Source: the human T2T-CHM13v2.0 reference genome, Homo sapiens. Taken from it: a stretch of DNA of 64,000 nucleotides. Location of the stretch: NCBI RefSeq assembly GCF_009914755.1, contig NC_060932.1; one strand, given 5' to 3'. A program made the position numbers and the translations under genes. Positions 1-16,940 of this stretch are shown here, one piece after another. Under the pieces are notes generated by a model, which saw only the letters and a program-made list of their open reading frames with translations, ran no database searches and was not told where the DNA came from. Every line of letters begins with the position of its first letter. Position 1 is the stretch's first letter.

Positions 1-2520
<2,520 letters not shown>

Positions 2521-2583
2521 TATGATGTTAGCTTGTTATTTTGCTTGTTAGTTGATTCAGTTTCTTCCTAGCTTCGATGGTCT

Positions 2584-3607
2584 TTACAATTTGGCATGTT
2601 TTTGCAGTGGCTGGTACTGGTTGTTCCTTTCCATGTTTAGTGTTTCCTTCAGGAGCTCTTTTAGGGCAGGCCTGGTGGTGACAAAATCTCTCAGCATTTG
2701 CTTGTCTGTAAAGTATTTTATTTCTCCTTCACTTATGAAGCTTAGTTTGGCTGGATATGAAATTCTGGGTTGCAAATTCTTTTCTTTAAGAATGTTGAAT
2801 ATTGGCCCCCACTCTCTTCTGGCTTGTAGAGTTTCTGCCGAGAGATCCGCTGTTAGTCTGATGGGCTTCCCTTTGTGGGTAACCCGACCTTGCTCTCTGG
2901 CTGCCCTTAACATTTTTTCCTTCATTTCAACTTTGGTGAATCTGACAATTAGGTGTCTTGGAGTTGCTCTTCTCGAGGAGTATCTCTGTGGTGTTCTCTG
3001 TGTTTCCTGAATTTGAATGTTGGCCTGCCTTGCTGGGTTGGGGAAGTTCTCCTGGATAATATCCTGCAGAGTGTTTTCCAACTTGGTTCCATTCTCCCTG
3101 TCACTTTCAGGTACACCAATCAGACGTAGATCTTGTCTTTTCACATAGTCCCATATCTCTTGGAGGCTTTGTTCATTTCTTTTTACTCTTTTCTCTCTAA
3201 ATTTCTCTTTTTGCTTCATTTCATCCATTTGATCTTCAATCACCGATACCCTGTCTTCCAGTTGATCGAATCGGCTACTGAAGCTTGTGCATGCACCATG
3301 TAGTTCTCGTGCCATGGTTTTCAGCTCCATCAGGTCATTTAAGCTCTTCTCTATGCCGTTTTTCTAGTTAGCCATTCATCCAATGTTTTTTTCAAGATTT
3401 TTAGCTTCTTTGTGATGGGTTAGAACATCCTCCTTTAGCTTGGAGAAGTTTGTTATTACTGATATTCTGAAGCCTTCTTCTCTTAACTTGTCAAAGTCAT
3501 TCTCCATCCAGCCTTGTTCCACTGCTGGCGAGGAGCTGCATTCCTTTGGAGGAGAACAGACACTCTGATTTTTAGAATTTTCAGCTTTTGCTCTGTTTTC
3601 TCTCCAT
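2584..3607 (-). pseudogene. L1 ORF1 remnant; N-terminal part disrupted, 248-aa C-terminal part open (2584-3330)
   Basis: ORF1p RRM/CTD motifs present (RPRHLIVRFTK-like, YPAKLSF). ATG at 3607 is not in the open frame. Confidence 0.92.
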
Positions 3608-4179
3608 CTTTGTGGTTTTATCTACCTTTGGTCTTTGATGATGAGGTACAGATGGGGTTTTGGTGTGGATGTCCTTTCTGTTTGTTAGTTTTCCTTCTAA
3701 CAGTCAGGACCCTCAGCCGCAGGTTTGTTGGAGTTTGCTGGAGGTCCACTCCAGACCCTGTTTGCCTGGGTATCACCAGTGGAGGCTGCAGAACTGCAAA
3801 TACTGCAGAATGGCAAATGTTGCTGCCTGATCGTTCCTCTGGAAGCTTCGTCTCAAAGGGGCACCTGGCTGTATGAGGTGTCAGTCTGCCCCTACTGGAA
3901 GATGCCTCCCAGTTAGGCTACTCAGGGGTCAGGGACCCACTTGAGGACGCAGTCTGCCCGTTCTCAGATCTCAAAGTCCATGCTGGGAGAACCACTACTC
4001 TCTTCAAAGGTGTCAGACAGGGATGTTTAAGTCTGCAGAAGTTTCTGCTTCCTTTTGTTCAGCTATGCCCTGCCCCCAGAGGTGGAGTCTACAGAGGCAG
4101 GCAGACCTCCTTGAGCTGTGGTGGGTTCCACCCAGTTCCAGCTTCCCAGCTGCTTTGTTTACCTACTCAAGCCTCAGCA

Positions 4180-4716
4180 ATGGCGGGCGCCCCTCCCCCA
4201 GCCATGCTGCCGCCTTGCACTTCCATCTCAGACTGCTGTGCCAGCAGTGAGCAAGGCTCCATGAGCATGGGACCCTCTGAGCCAGGTGCAGGATATCATC
4301 TCCTGGTGTGGTCTTTGCTAAGACCATTGGAAAAGCGCAGTATTAGGGTTGGAGTGACCCGATTTTCCAGGTGCCTTCTGTCACGGCTCCCCTTGGCTAG
4401 GAAAGGGAATTCCCTGACCCCTTGCACTTCCCGGGTGAGGCAATTCCTTGCCCTGCTTCAGCTCATGGTCTGTGGGCTGCACCCACTGTCCTGCACCCAC
4501 TGTCCAACAAACCCCAGTGAGATGAACCCAGTACCTCAGTTGGAAATGCAGAAATCACCTGTCTTCTGCGTCGCTCACGCTGGGAGCTGTAGACTGGAGC
4601 TGTTCCTATTCGGCCATCTTGGAACCTCCCCTGTACCCAAGTTAATTTCTAAGTTCTACTTTTCTGTTTCCATTCCACTAGTGATTATCCTGGTAACCAT
4701 GCTAATTTTCTATTAG
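4180..4716 (+). CDS. L1 ORF0-like antisense ORF (178 aa) reading out of the L1 5' end; expression unknown
   Basis: ATG at 4180 starts MAGAPPPA.LPPC..ISDCCAS, matching the ORF0 N-terminus. No stop until 4716, 85 bp outside the element. Confidence 0.35.
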   Translation: MAGAPPPAMLPPCTSISDCCASSEQGSMSMGPSEPGAGYHLLVWSLLRPLEKRSIRVGVTRFSRCLLSRLPLARKGNSLTPCTSRVRQFLALLQLMVCGLHPLSCTHCPTNPSEMNPVPQLEMQKSPVFCVAHAGSCRLELFLFGHLGTSPVPKLISKFYFSVSIPLVIILVTMLIFY

Positions 4717-4980
4717 GATATAGGATACCAAATATGTCCTCATTCCCTGCCCACACCCCCTCTATCTGTTTTCTTTTCCCTTACAGCTTTCCTCCTCTCC
4801 TGATATAAGATAAAATCTTTAAAATGCTTTCCTTGCCTTTCTCCCTACCTGTAGATTTTACAGATACTATTTACTATTTAGTTACCTCTGTAATATATTT
4901 AAAAATACCTGGCATTATATTACAATGTTCCTTTCACTTTACTATCAGTTTAGATTGAGCTATGTAGACTGATACAGACA

Positions 4981-4983
<3 letters not shown>

Positions 4984-5016
<33 letters not shown>
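4984..5016. repeat. (CA)n microsatellite
   Basis: Direct reading, about 16 units. Confidence 0.95.
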
Positions 5017-5020
<4 letters not shown>

Positions 5021-5109
5021 AATGGATACAGAGGCCCAGACTTATGTACCTTCTGATGCGTGTTGTATGTTTTTCCACTTGAGGTTATCATGAGGCTTGC
5101 ATATGATAT

Positions 5110-7366
5110 TGCCCATTATTTTAAACTGATGACAACTTAACACTCATTGCATAAACAAACAAGCAAAGAGAAAACTAATAAAAACTATACTTTAACTTTG
5201 TTATTCCCCACCCCACTTCCATTTTTAACTTTTTGTTATTTCTACTTATATCGTATTGTACTATGTATTGAAAAGTTGTTGTAGTTATTTTTGATTGATG
5301 CATCTTTCAGTCTTTCTACTCAAGATATGAGCTTACACACCACAATTACAGTGTTATAATATTCTGTGTTTTTCTGTGTACTTACTATTAACAGTGAGTT
5401 TTGTATCTTCAGACGATTTCTTATTGCTCATTAATGTCCTTTTCTTTCAGATTAAAGATTCAAGAACTTCCCTTAGTATTTCTTGTAGGACAGGTCTGGT
5501 GTTGATGAAATCCCTCAGCTATTGTTTGTCTGGGAAAGTCTTTATTTTGCCTTCATGTTGGAAGGATATTTTTGCTGGATATACTATTCTAGGATACAAG
5601 TTTTTCCTCCTTCAGCACTTTAAATTGGTCATGCCACTCTTTCCTGGCCTGTAAGCTTTCCACTGAAAAGTCTGTTTCCAGATACATTGAAGCTCCTTTT
5701 TATATTATTTGTTTCTTTTCTCTTGGTGTTTTTAGGATCGTTTCTTTATCCTTGACCTTTGAGAGTCTGATTATTAAGTCTTGAGGTAGTCTTTGGGTCA
5801 AATCTGTTTGGTGTTCTATAACCTTCTTGTACTTGAATATTGATATCTTTCTCTAGGTTTGGGAAGTTCTCTGTTATTACCCCCTTTGAATAATATTTCT
5901 ATCCCCCTCTCTCTCTATCTTCTCTTTAGGGCAATAACTCTTAGATTTGCCCCTTTGAGGCATTTTCTAGATCTTGTAGATATATTTCATTCTTTTTTAT
6001 TCTTTTTCTTTTGTATCCTCTGACTGTGTATTTTCAAATAGTCTGTTTGCAGGCTCACGAATTCTTTCTTCTGCTCAATCAATTCTGCTGTTAAGGGACA
6101 CTGATGCATTCTTCAGTATGTCAATTGCATTTTTCAGCTCCAAAATTTCTGCTTGATTTTTTAAAAATTATTTCAATCTCTTTATTAAATTTATCTGATA
6201 GAATTCTGAATTCCTTCTCTGTGTTATCCTGTATATGGCTGAGTTTCCTCAACACAGCGATTTTGAATTCTCTGTCTGAAAGGTCACATATCTGTTTTTA
6301 GTTACCCGGAATCGCTGTTTCTCCAGGATTGGTCCCTGGTTCCTTACTTAGTCCTTTTGTTGAGGTAATGTTTTCCTGGATTACACTGATGCTTGTCAGT
6401 GTCTGGGCATTGAAGAATTATGTCTTTATTGTAGTCTTCACAGTCTGGGCTTGTTTGTACTCATCTTTCTTGGGAAGGCTTTCCAGGTATTGGAGGGGAC
6501 TTAGGTGTTGTGATCTAAGTTTTGGATCATTGCAGCCACATCTGCACTAGGGAGCACCCCAAACAAGTAATGCTGTGTTTGTTGTAGAGGTGCCACATTG
6601 GTGGTCTTGAGTAAAATCCAGAAGAATTCCCTGGATTACCAGGAAAGACCCTTATTCTCTTCCCTTACTTTCTCCCAAACAAATGGAGTTAGTCTCTGTC
6701 TGTCTGTCTCTCTTTCTCTCTCTCCCTCTCTCTGGGATTGGGGAGGGGTGGTGCAAGCACTCCCTTGGCTGCCTCAGCTATTGTCTCCCTAGGTCACATG
6801 CCCCTCAAGTCCACTGGCTACAAGCCCAGCACAGCCCTAGGACTTGCCCAAGAACTGTAGTCCTTGTGGCTTAAGCAGCCTTTCAAGTTTATTTGGGACC
6901 CCAGAGCCCTTTAGCTTACAGTGGCAGGGCTGGCCAGAACTCAGGCTCTGACCATTGGGATGGGCAATTCCCCTCCATTAGGGCTGGTTTAAATTCTCCC
7001 CTGTGGACACTGGTTGAGTTCTGCCTGGTATTGCTTTCCACTGTGACAGGGCAGCACTGAGTTCCAATGTAAAGTCCCACAATCACTGTGCTCTCCCTCT
7101 CCAAAGGGCACAGATTCTCTCTCCCCACCACATGGGCACCTCAGGGGAATGAGAGAGAAGTGGTGTAGGCAATTCAAGACTGTCTTTCCTGCCCTCTTCA
7201 GTGCCTGTTTCAGTGATATAAAGTCAAAACCAGGTACTGTCATCAACTCACTTTACTTTTGGTTCCTACGAAGGTGCTCTTTGTGTGGACAGTTGTTTAA
7301 TTAGGTGTTCCTGCAGGAAGGATAATTGGTGGAAGTCTCTACTCAGCCATCCTGCTCTGCCTCCCC
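5110..7366 (-). mobile_element. Old LINE-1 5' portion (L1M1/L1M2-like 5'UTR, ORF1, inter-ORF), decayed
   Basis: Typical antisense L1M ORF1 sequence (tcttgtaggacaggtctggtgttgatgaaatccctcagc). The minus strand starts ggggaggcagagcaggatggctgagtag, an L1-type 5' terminus. Confidence 0.75.
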
Positions 7367-9689
7367 TGGAATTTATTTTTGTGTATAGTATATAAGGCAT
7401 CTATTTGTATGTTCTTTTTTCCTCCCAAAATATCATTATCTCCATGTTGCAAATAACAAAACCAAAACTCAGAAAGGTTAGGAAATTTGCCTGATATTTC
7501 AGAGGTAGCAAATTACCTAACTAGGATATAAACCTATTGACCCTTTCTAGCAATTCAAGCCATCTCCCAAGAGTAATATGTGAGGCATTCCACATTAAAA
7601 CATTATTACATTCAGCACAAACGGCCTAAAAATGTCACTCACATCTGCTGCATTGCTTTAGCAGCAAGAAGTGCCTTGGCATTGCTGATCATATATAGAT
7701 ATACCTGCCAAGATCTGCTTTGCATTTGCTCAGAGATGGAATCACGAAGTCCAGGAATAGAATTCCATTATTATTCAGTACCAAGTAGCTGCTATCATGA
7801 AAATTAGGAAGCCTCAAATTGACACTTTCGCTAAAGACAATTCTGTGTTCTCTTGGCTGGCATAGAACATGAGTGATAATTACCCTAGAAGAAGAGTATG
7901 GCTGACTTCTACCCAGGATCAGGAGGCTGAACTATTTTGACTCCAGCTTCAACCACCAATCCCCAGAAAATCCTGTCTTGGTACATGGAGAGTTAGCTTT
8001 AGAATTTTTTATGACATCTATCTGATTGGGCTCATAGTGGACACTCTTGGGAGTTTCTTCCTAGTCTGAAATTAATTTCTTTGCATTTGAGAATGCTGCC
8101 CATACCCCCACCCCAGAGCCACAGGGTCCTGGGGAAGAACTGCTGGTCACCATGTTTGTGTCACAGGTGGGCCACTAGCTCTCATCAGGCAATCACATTC
8201 TCTCTTTTTCAGAATTTAGAGTTGGGCATGAGGAAGTCAAGTCAGCCTCATTATACAACTAAAACTGAATAGTATAAACTCAAGTGCCATCCATGGGTGG
8301 CCATGTGCTGCCATGTGGACTGGGAAACAGAGAAGCCAGTAGCAGGGATGAAAAGGGAAAAAAGATATATGCACATAGAAGCAGAGGAAAAACCTGGAGA
8401 CAGAATACTTTCTGGGTTTCTAATGACTTTCTGGTTGAGATGATGCATTTATTCAACAAATATTTACTACATACTTAATATGTGAAAGATGTTGTTTCAG
8501 ATGATGGAGTACTATAGGATACCACCCCATCCTTAAAATAAGTTGTCCTTCTTTGCTTATGTTAACTGGCAGGAGTCTCTGCTTCTTATAACAAGAGACC
8601 CATAACTAACACAGGCCCAGAAACACATTAATCCTCTATCTATGAGAATCTCACACTTTCATCTGTTCCAGATGCCAGTTCTATTTCATGGGCACTCAAC
8701 CTTGTATTGTCACTCATTTTAAAAGTCTCTCTCATCATCCTAAGGTGACTCCAAATTCTTCCAGGGTAGTGGTTCTCAGTTGCCATGACACAGGTCCCCA
8801 GAGTATTATGATCAGCGATGAGGTATGTCATTAGTAATTTTTTAATTATAATAAAGTGCTAAAGTTGCCTAGTGCTTTATGATTGCTTTTTCCTGAGCAG
8901 ATTCAAGGTCATCTGTAATATTGTCAGTCTCCCTTGCACTCCCATATGCTTTCTTAGTGGAAGAGAAATCTAATATACCAGCATGCAGTGAATTGTGCAT
9001 AACCCTGGGTGTGTATATATACAGGGGTGTGTTAGCTATGTGAAAATCACCCCTACTGTTTGTCAAGGTTGATGGAAAGTTAAGAATCTCACAGGCTGTG
9101 TCTTTTACAGAATTCTAAACATATCAGAGGAATTAAATAAACTGCTGCTGTTGCCACTATTGATGTTACATAAAGGGGCCTTTCTGCTCCTTAAGCCTGC
9201 ACCATTGCAATTGGCCATAAAAAAAAAAATGCCACATATGTTCTAGGCCTTAGCTCTTGAAAATTTTTATCTCAAGCTGGAATATATGCAAAGATTGGGT
9301 AGGAGCCAAATGATAAGATCAAACAAAGGTAAGTACACTGCTGTGAAATGTCATTTTTTTGTCTTCATTCCGTTCTGATGGGACACACCCTTCCATCAGG
9401 CCATAGGATCCTGATGGGGCAGTGACTGGCCCAGAGGTGGACATGTGACCTGAGCAGGGTAAATCAGGATCCTTTTTCAGAAGATGAAATGATGCTGGGA
9501 GAGAGAACAAGAGTTTCTTAAATCTCAACTGGCAGAATTGCGTAAACCTAGAGCTATAAGGACCTGTCTTTCCCAGAGGATGAAGCCAACCAAGAAAAAC
9601 TACCACATGCTGGTATGTTTCGGTACTATATTGTACCTATATTGTATACTATACTGTGTGTTATTTCATCACATCTTTATGACCCAGGA

Positions 9690-9830
9690 AGTAGATAGCT
9701 AGTGAGCCCACTTTTCTGATGAGGCAACTGGGGCTCTGAGTTTAAGCCACTGTCCAAAGTCATACAAGAATGAAAGAGAAGAGCAGAGATTTCAATCCAT
9801 GCCTTTCTGGCTCTAAGCCTTACCCTTCCT
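9690..9830. mobile_element. MIR SINE fragment
   Basis: MIR core-like cccacttttctgatgaggcaactgggctctgag...ccaaagtcatac. Confidence 0.55.
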
Positions 9831-9945
9831 CAAGTAAGCATAAAATATTTTATATATATTTGTAGCTAATCTGAAACTGCCTATCCACATACCTTGGGCA
9901 AGTCATTGGGCATCAGTTGACTTACACATCAGTGTTTTTAAGCTA

Positions 9946-10165
9946 AGAGTCAAGAAAACTCTTGTCTATAAAGGACCCAACAGTAAACATTTTAGACTTT
10001 GTGGGATATACAGTCTCTGCCAAAATTACTTAAATGTGCCACTGTAGCATGAAAATAATTATAGACAGTAGGTAAGTGACTGTGTGTGGCTATATTCCAA
10101 TAAAACTTTATTTATAAAATAGCGGGAAGAGGCAGAATTTGGCCTTTCAGGAACAGTTTGCTGTT
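9946..10165. mobile_element. MER58A-like hAT-Charlie MITE
   Basis: Characteristic tgccactgtagcatgaaa and ccaataaaactttattt segments, with a degenerate terminus agtttgctg. Confidence 0.75.
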
Positions 10166-10382
10166 CTAAGTTATTACCATGTAATTAGATTGTAAATTCC
10201 TTATAGACAAATTTCAAATATTAAAAAAATTTTACATTATTTTATAATTTACCCATGACCAAGTACATATACATACTTATTTCAGTAACTGACAAACAAA
10301 ATACACAAAGGTACGAATTGATCAAGGCAAGAAATGTGTTAACTCATGTTGACTTTGAGTATTTTCATTCTTTCTTTTTAAA

Positions 10383-10505
10383 ATTTTTTGAGATGGAGTC
10401 TCGCTATGCTACCCAGGCTGGTCTTGAAATTCTGGCCTTAAGTGATTCTCCTGTAACAGTCTCCTGAGTAGCTGGGATTACAGATGCAAGCTATGGTGCC
10501 CAGCA
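10383..10505 (-). mobile_element. FLAM-type Alu monomer
   Basis: Single ~120-bp monomer after a T-tract: gagatggagtctcgctatgctacccaggctggtcttgaa...gtgcccagc. Confidence 0.8.
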
Positions 10506-11479
10506 ATATTCTGATTCTTGAAAAGGACCGTGCCAAATATCTTAGTGGGGATAAACCAAAGAAAGGTGAGATGAGCAGGCAATCCTAGAGGGTAGGCATA
10601 TGTCCTTTGAAAAGGGCAGTCTATTTTACTCCATGCAAGAATGAAAAAACTATTAAGCCAGTGAGAAATAGGCCACCCTGACTGCATAGACAATAAGTAA
10701 GTGTCAGGGACTTCCAGATAATAGCAGGATAAGAAAACCAAATAGCAAGATAAGAGTACCAAAAAGATACTCTTTCTTTGAGATCTGTGAAGATAACTAG
10801 ATCCTCTTATTCTCAATGAAAAAATAGATACATCTATTTCCATTAATTTTCCAAATAGTATTTGGTTTTGAAAATAAAATAACTATGATGAAATGTCTTA
10901 GATATAATTTAAAATATTCACAAGATCACAATATTTGCAACAAATGTGAATATTTAAAATATCGTACTAAAAATGGTATAATCTTAAATATACCTTTTGA
11001 ATTCCAGTTTCTAAGGGAATGTGGTTCTAAGGGCATTTGGAGACAGGGAGAGCACTCTGATTTCAATTCCCAACATCACTGTATAAGAATGTGAGAAGCT
11101 TTCCCAGGTCTTCCAGAACCAAGAGACTAGAGAACAAGGAAAGGTAATTTTATGACAATCACTTTTATGAGATTATATATAACTAGATCCAAGTGAAAGT
11201 TAATTTCCAAACTTGTGCACATTCAGGTAATAAGCTGCCTGTAAATACCATTTAACAAAATGCATTTTATTTCTATTTTGAGGAATGATTCACCCTTGAG
11301 GGACAAAAGAATCTTGTGCATGTAAAATAAAGAACAGAACCACGGACTTCCCAAGGTTGTCTATATTTTCCTTTCTATCTACACTACCATCTTACATGCA
11401 AGGTTGTCCCTAGCCTACAGCTAAATTCCCAAGCATCTTTGCACTACAGTAGTACAAAGGAAGCCAACATAGACATAAA

Positions 11480-11610
11480 AGAGGGAATGGAAGAAGTGAA
11501 GGAAAGAGGGAGGCGAGAAAATAAGGAAGGAAAAAGGATGAAAGGATGAAAAAAAGGAAAAAGATGAGAAAAAATAAGAATTAAAAACACTAAAAATGAA
11601 GGAAAAGGGG
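11480..11610. repeat. GA-rich low-complexity tract
   Basis: Degenerate ggaa/gaaa purine run. Confidence 0.6.
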
Positions 11611-12030
11611 GTTATCTTTGAAAGCCTAGTTCCCTCTCCGAAGAAAATTCTAAGAGGATGGGAGGAAATCGACCCTTGAAAGGTCTGTTCCACGCCCAGG
11701 GTCCTGCAGACTTGCTGACTCCCGCCTCCCGCCTCACTGTGGACATTCCCCAGAGTATGTGCACTTAGTCCTAAACCCACTTCCCACACTCACGATGCCA
11801 ATTAAACCTCTTTGTGTACAACTTCCAAATCTCTTATCTCAATTACTGATCTATCTACTGGTCACTCATTCCGAGTCTCTAATTGTTGCCTAGTATTTCT
11901 CTGTAGAAGAGCTCCCTTCATTTCAAAGCCTAAAGTGATCAAACAAAAACGCACCTTTTAAAGCCAGCTTTTCTTTCCCTACTTCAGTTCACAGTGGAAA
12001 CCTTAGGAATCTTGAGTCCACATCCTATGG

Positions 12031-12270
12031 CAAGCTTGTCCAATCCGCGGCCTGCATGTGGCCGAGGACAGCTTTAAATGTGGCCTAACACAAATTCATA
12101 AACTTTCTTAAAACATTATGAGATTTTTTTTTCTTTTCTTTCTTTCTTTCTTTTTTTTTTTTTTTTTAGCTCACCAGCTATCGTTAGCATTAGTGTATTT
12201 TATGTGTGGCCCAAGACAACTCTTCTTCTTCCTGTGTCACCCAGGGAAGCCAAAAGTTTAGATACCCCTG
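12031..12270. mobile_element. MER30-like hAT-Charlie MITE with expanded internal T-tract
   Basis: ttgtccaatccgcggcctgcatgtggcc ... cagggaagccaaaagtttagatacccctg. Confidence 0.8.
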
Positions 12271-13595
12271 TCCTTCACCAATAAAGTCTTCCTTCAGAAT
12301 ATATATTTGCATTAATTCCTCACTCCCCATTCCTTCTGACACCATTTAAAGTCTTAGGCAAGCACACATTTCTAGAATGGTCTTTATATTCACCTTTCAT
12401 TCCTTTATCTCCAGGGTCTCTCCATGCCAAATAACCGGGGCTAAATGAATCTTACCCAATTATCCTTTTCACCCCACCATTCTCCTGCTAAAAAAATCTT
12501 TTGGCTCTCTCTGCATATAGAACAAAGTATAAGCTCTCGGGTCTGGTGTCCTGTCTTTCACCATCTGTTCCCAATCCACCCTACCCATCCCACCCAAAAC
12601 TGAAACTCTCCATGGTTTAGGCGAGTCCGTCGGCTCTTCTCCAAATGGCAATACTCATTCCAACCTTTTCCTGGTCACATATTCAACTAAATATCATCAT
12701 TTGTGTTCTAGGTATGTGGTGGCACAAAAATGAGTCATATTTCACTTTCACAATATTTTGGAATAGTTTAAGTGCAAAATAATAGCTATACAAAGTTCTA
12801 AGGGCTTGGTAAAGTGAAGTAGTCTTCCACAAAAACCTTCAGAAAAGGGTGTTGAAGGATTGAAGGATGCACAATAGGGCCAAATGGAAGCAGTAGCTTG
12901 GGAAGTGGGGAAAGCACATGAGAGGTGTCTCTAGGGTTTCAGAGGTAAGAGTCACACTTACCTATAATCAGAAACAGGCCAATCAAAAGGCCTTCTTATA
13001 GTCTGGATTTTCCAAGCACAAGATGTTTAGATTTGCGAGGGCTGAAAGTCAGTCAAAGAGTGTACACGGTTGCTCCAGGGATTTCACCCCAGGTCACATT
13101 CCTTGAAAATCACACTGAAACTAAAGTACTTGATAGACATTATAGAGACCCAAGGGAAAAACCGCCAAGATTCAGAGACAGCCAAAAACCATGCAAGCAG
13201 AGGTGTCTGGCTTCCTGCTTCCTTCTCAACCTTCATTCCCTGCTAACAACTTGGAGAAAGTTCAGTCAGTAGCTCTCATCTCACCACACCACTATTTCTT
13301 CAGCACATCCTCCAACTCTGCCTCCCTACAATTTCAGAAACATTAAGGTGAAAGGATGAGGAAACATGTTAGTTTTCTTGAGAACATTCTATGTGCCAGG
13401 CATTGTGCTAGGTGCTTCGACATATAACGAAGAGAAGAAGAAATTAAATATAAAAAGGCAAAGTAGTGACTGGAAGTTAAAGCCAACAGCAGACGAATGA
13501 GATCACTGGTTTTCAAATTGTTTCACACTAGCTGCAACAGAACCCTCTAGGGCAACTGATAAAATGCCAGTGCCCAGGCCTCAGTCAAATAACTA

Positions 13596-14005
<410 letters not shown>

Positions 14006-16896
14006 AAAACAAGAATCCCAGGCAATTCTAAACACCACACAGGTATTTATGCATAGGTCATCATTAGGACTCCTGAATTAGGGTATCTACTTCTTCAAAA
14101 CACCATAGTCTTCGCCCAAAGTGGAGGAAAGAGAAAGAGATAACATACTTCAATGAATCTTGATGAACCCAAGACATCATTATTTTACATTTTCCTTAGG
14201 AATAGAAAAGAAAAAACATACTGGCAATGAAATCATAATATGCAAGCAACTGTAAGATGCCTCCCAATTTCGGAAATGTTAAAAGGTTTAAAAATTATGC
14301 ATCTTTGAACAGATGAAATATAGTTAACATGTGTCAAGCTTCCACTAGAGTCTTGGTTAATCTGTGGTTACATGCCTGGCAGGTGGGATGAAATTCCCTG
14401 AGTTACATAGCTAGTGAGAGACCGAGCTGATTGTTCCCAACTGCAAAGCCAGAGCCCAGGTACTGCCTTCAGTTACTCCACAGAGCTTATGTGAGTGGTC
14501 GAGCTCCAAAACCGGGACCCTTAACCTCTGTCACATACCTCTCCATGGAGCACATGTAAAACATTTAGAATAGTTCGTGGCACAAAGCAAGCTCCAAACA
14601 AATGCCATCATTCCTGCCTTCACACAGCTTGCAGTGCAGCGAGAAACCCAGGTGTGATGAGAAGAAAAGCACAGGGTACTATCAGAGAATAGAATAAGGG
14701 GACTAAACCAAGCCTTAGGTGGTCAGGCAAGGCTCCTGGACCAATTAACATTTAAGCCAAGACCTGGACAATGTTGAGTAGCACTTAGCATTAAATGAAG
14801 AGGTGGAATTGGGAGGGGTTTCTGTAAATCCCAGCCCTGATGTGAAAAGAAGAGCATTATTCTGCTCTCAACCAGAGATAACACTGAATCCAACATTTTT
14901 TCCTGGCAGCCCACCCGAGCTTTGTCCATAGGATTCTTATCAGCTTCCAAGGTCGAGAAGGGGCCCACCGGGAGGGGAGGCAAACTTGAATCTCACTGGC
15001 TGTCAAGGGAACAGATCAACAGATCTGCTTTCAGGGCAGATGGCAATGGAGCAATAAATTAGCCCTATAAAATACTTTAAATTTAAATGTTTAATCTCTG
15101 TTAATTACAATGAGACATTTCTAGAAGATTTTTTTAATAGCAGGCAAACCACAATTACAATGTTGAACTCACTGGAAAGCCCCGCTGCACCTCTCTAACC
15201 CCGCATTCCTCCATTTAGGCACTTCAACTTGTTACATTTGGGAATAGCTTTATTATTCAAGGTGATGATGTCAGCCTCCACAGATCTGCAATATGGGGTG
15301 GGACAGAAGGAATGCATTACACAGACTCATTGGGAACTGAGCCCAGCAAACACTTGGTGCCTGGAAGAGAACAGAAGGCCACATCAGTTTGCTTTACAGT
15401 AGGCTCCTAGCAAACACAAAACCAAATTCAGGCATTTAATTAAGGATACAAAGATTTCCCTCATCCAAGATCACTGAAAACCATTTTTCTTTTCTTTCTT
15501 AAAAGAAGGACAAAAGCCATACTGAAAAAGAATGTTTACAGAATATTCAGACTTTTGCTTGAGACTCATTCAGGAGTAAAGAAATAGAAGCTCCAAGTTA
15601 GGTAACAGATAAACGCAGAGATGGCAAATATTACAGAATCTAACCTGTGAATACTGAAAGATTAGTGCGAGCTTGCCACTCGTGACCAGGGAAAAAGTTT
15701 TACAACAGCATGTTCCACAGGCACGTCTTTTTTTAAAAAAATGTAGCAGCAAACACCTATGAGTCTGCTGAAATTCTCTGGACAACCTCTTTCCTGTTCC
15801 CTGCACCTGAATGTCCATCGCCAATTTGTTGGCCAAATCAAGAATGACTTCAGTGAGGCTTTTTTTTTGGTGTCCTTTGAGTAAGGCTAGTTTCTCCCCT
15901 CTGTTATCCCCAGCCTGGTCCCTAGAACATACTTCTCTTACTGTAGATAAAGTATTGGGTTGTAATTAATCATTTACACTTCCCTTGCCCCACTAGACTA
16001 ACTGACCAAGGGCCAAATCCACATCTCATTTACCCAAAGATTCTTGCACCTTACACAGTACTTAGCACAAGTAAGTGTACAATACAGGTTGGGCAAAGTA
16101 TTAACTGAGCAATGATCTATCCACACTGCTGTCTGCTAAGAGAACTCCAGTCTTTATGGGTTTCTTGAAAGGTAGGGTGAGAGCATACTGAATCACACTC
16201 ACAGATTATTATAGTATACATCCCAAACTTTGGTCATTTCTAACTTTTTTCTATACCATATAAAATATGTATTTTTCTAGTATTTTTCTTTAAAGTAATT
16301 CCCTTTGTTAGTTTTCACCTTGTCCTAAGAAATAACCACAGAAAACCAGATTTGATGTGTTAATTCTATTTTTTTCAAATATACAAAATGTTAAATTACT
16401 AAATCAAACACTGTTCATCCTCACACGACCTCCAACCTTCTGGCATATAGTGATAGAGGGGTACATGTAACACACTTGAGGACATCCTGGATTAATAAAA
16501 TATTCAAGCTGAAAAGGTCACTCGAGGTTACCAAACCCAACTCTTCATAAACAGAGAAGGAAACCACAGCCCAGGAGGACCTTATTTCTTTCTCAACTCA
16601 TGAAGAAATTAGTGAGAGAATAGACAAAGAATGAAATTACACAGAGAATGGACAAGCATCCAGGGCCTCAAGTTCCCATGTTAGTGCTTTTGCTCTGACA
16701 ACTGGGACAAATATGAGCAACAGACAAAAGCTGTAACATATAGCAAATATGTTCACGATATTTTAAAAGATACCCTTTTATAAAAACACTGGAAGAAAAC
16801 AAAACAGGCTCCAGTGGGGTAATAGATATATGATTCCTTCCCTTTCCAAATTTCCTAATAACTTACAATGTGTTCATAATACCCTTTACACTAAAA

Positions 16897-16897
16897 A

Positions 16898-16938
<41 letters not shown>
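16897..16938. repeat. (CA)n microsatellite
   Basis: Direct reading. Confidence 0.95.
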
Positions 16939-16940
<2 letters not shown>

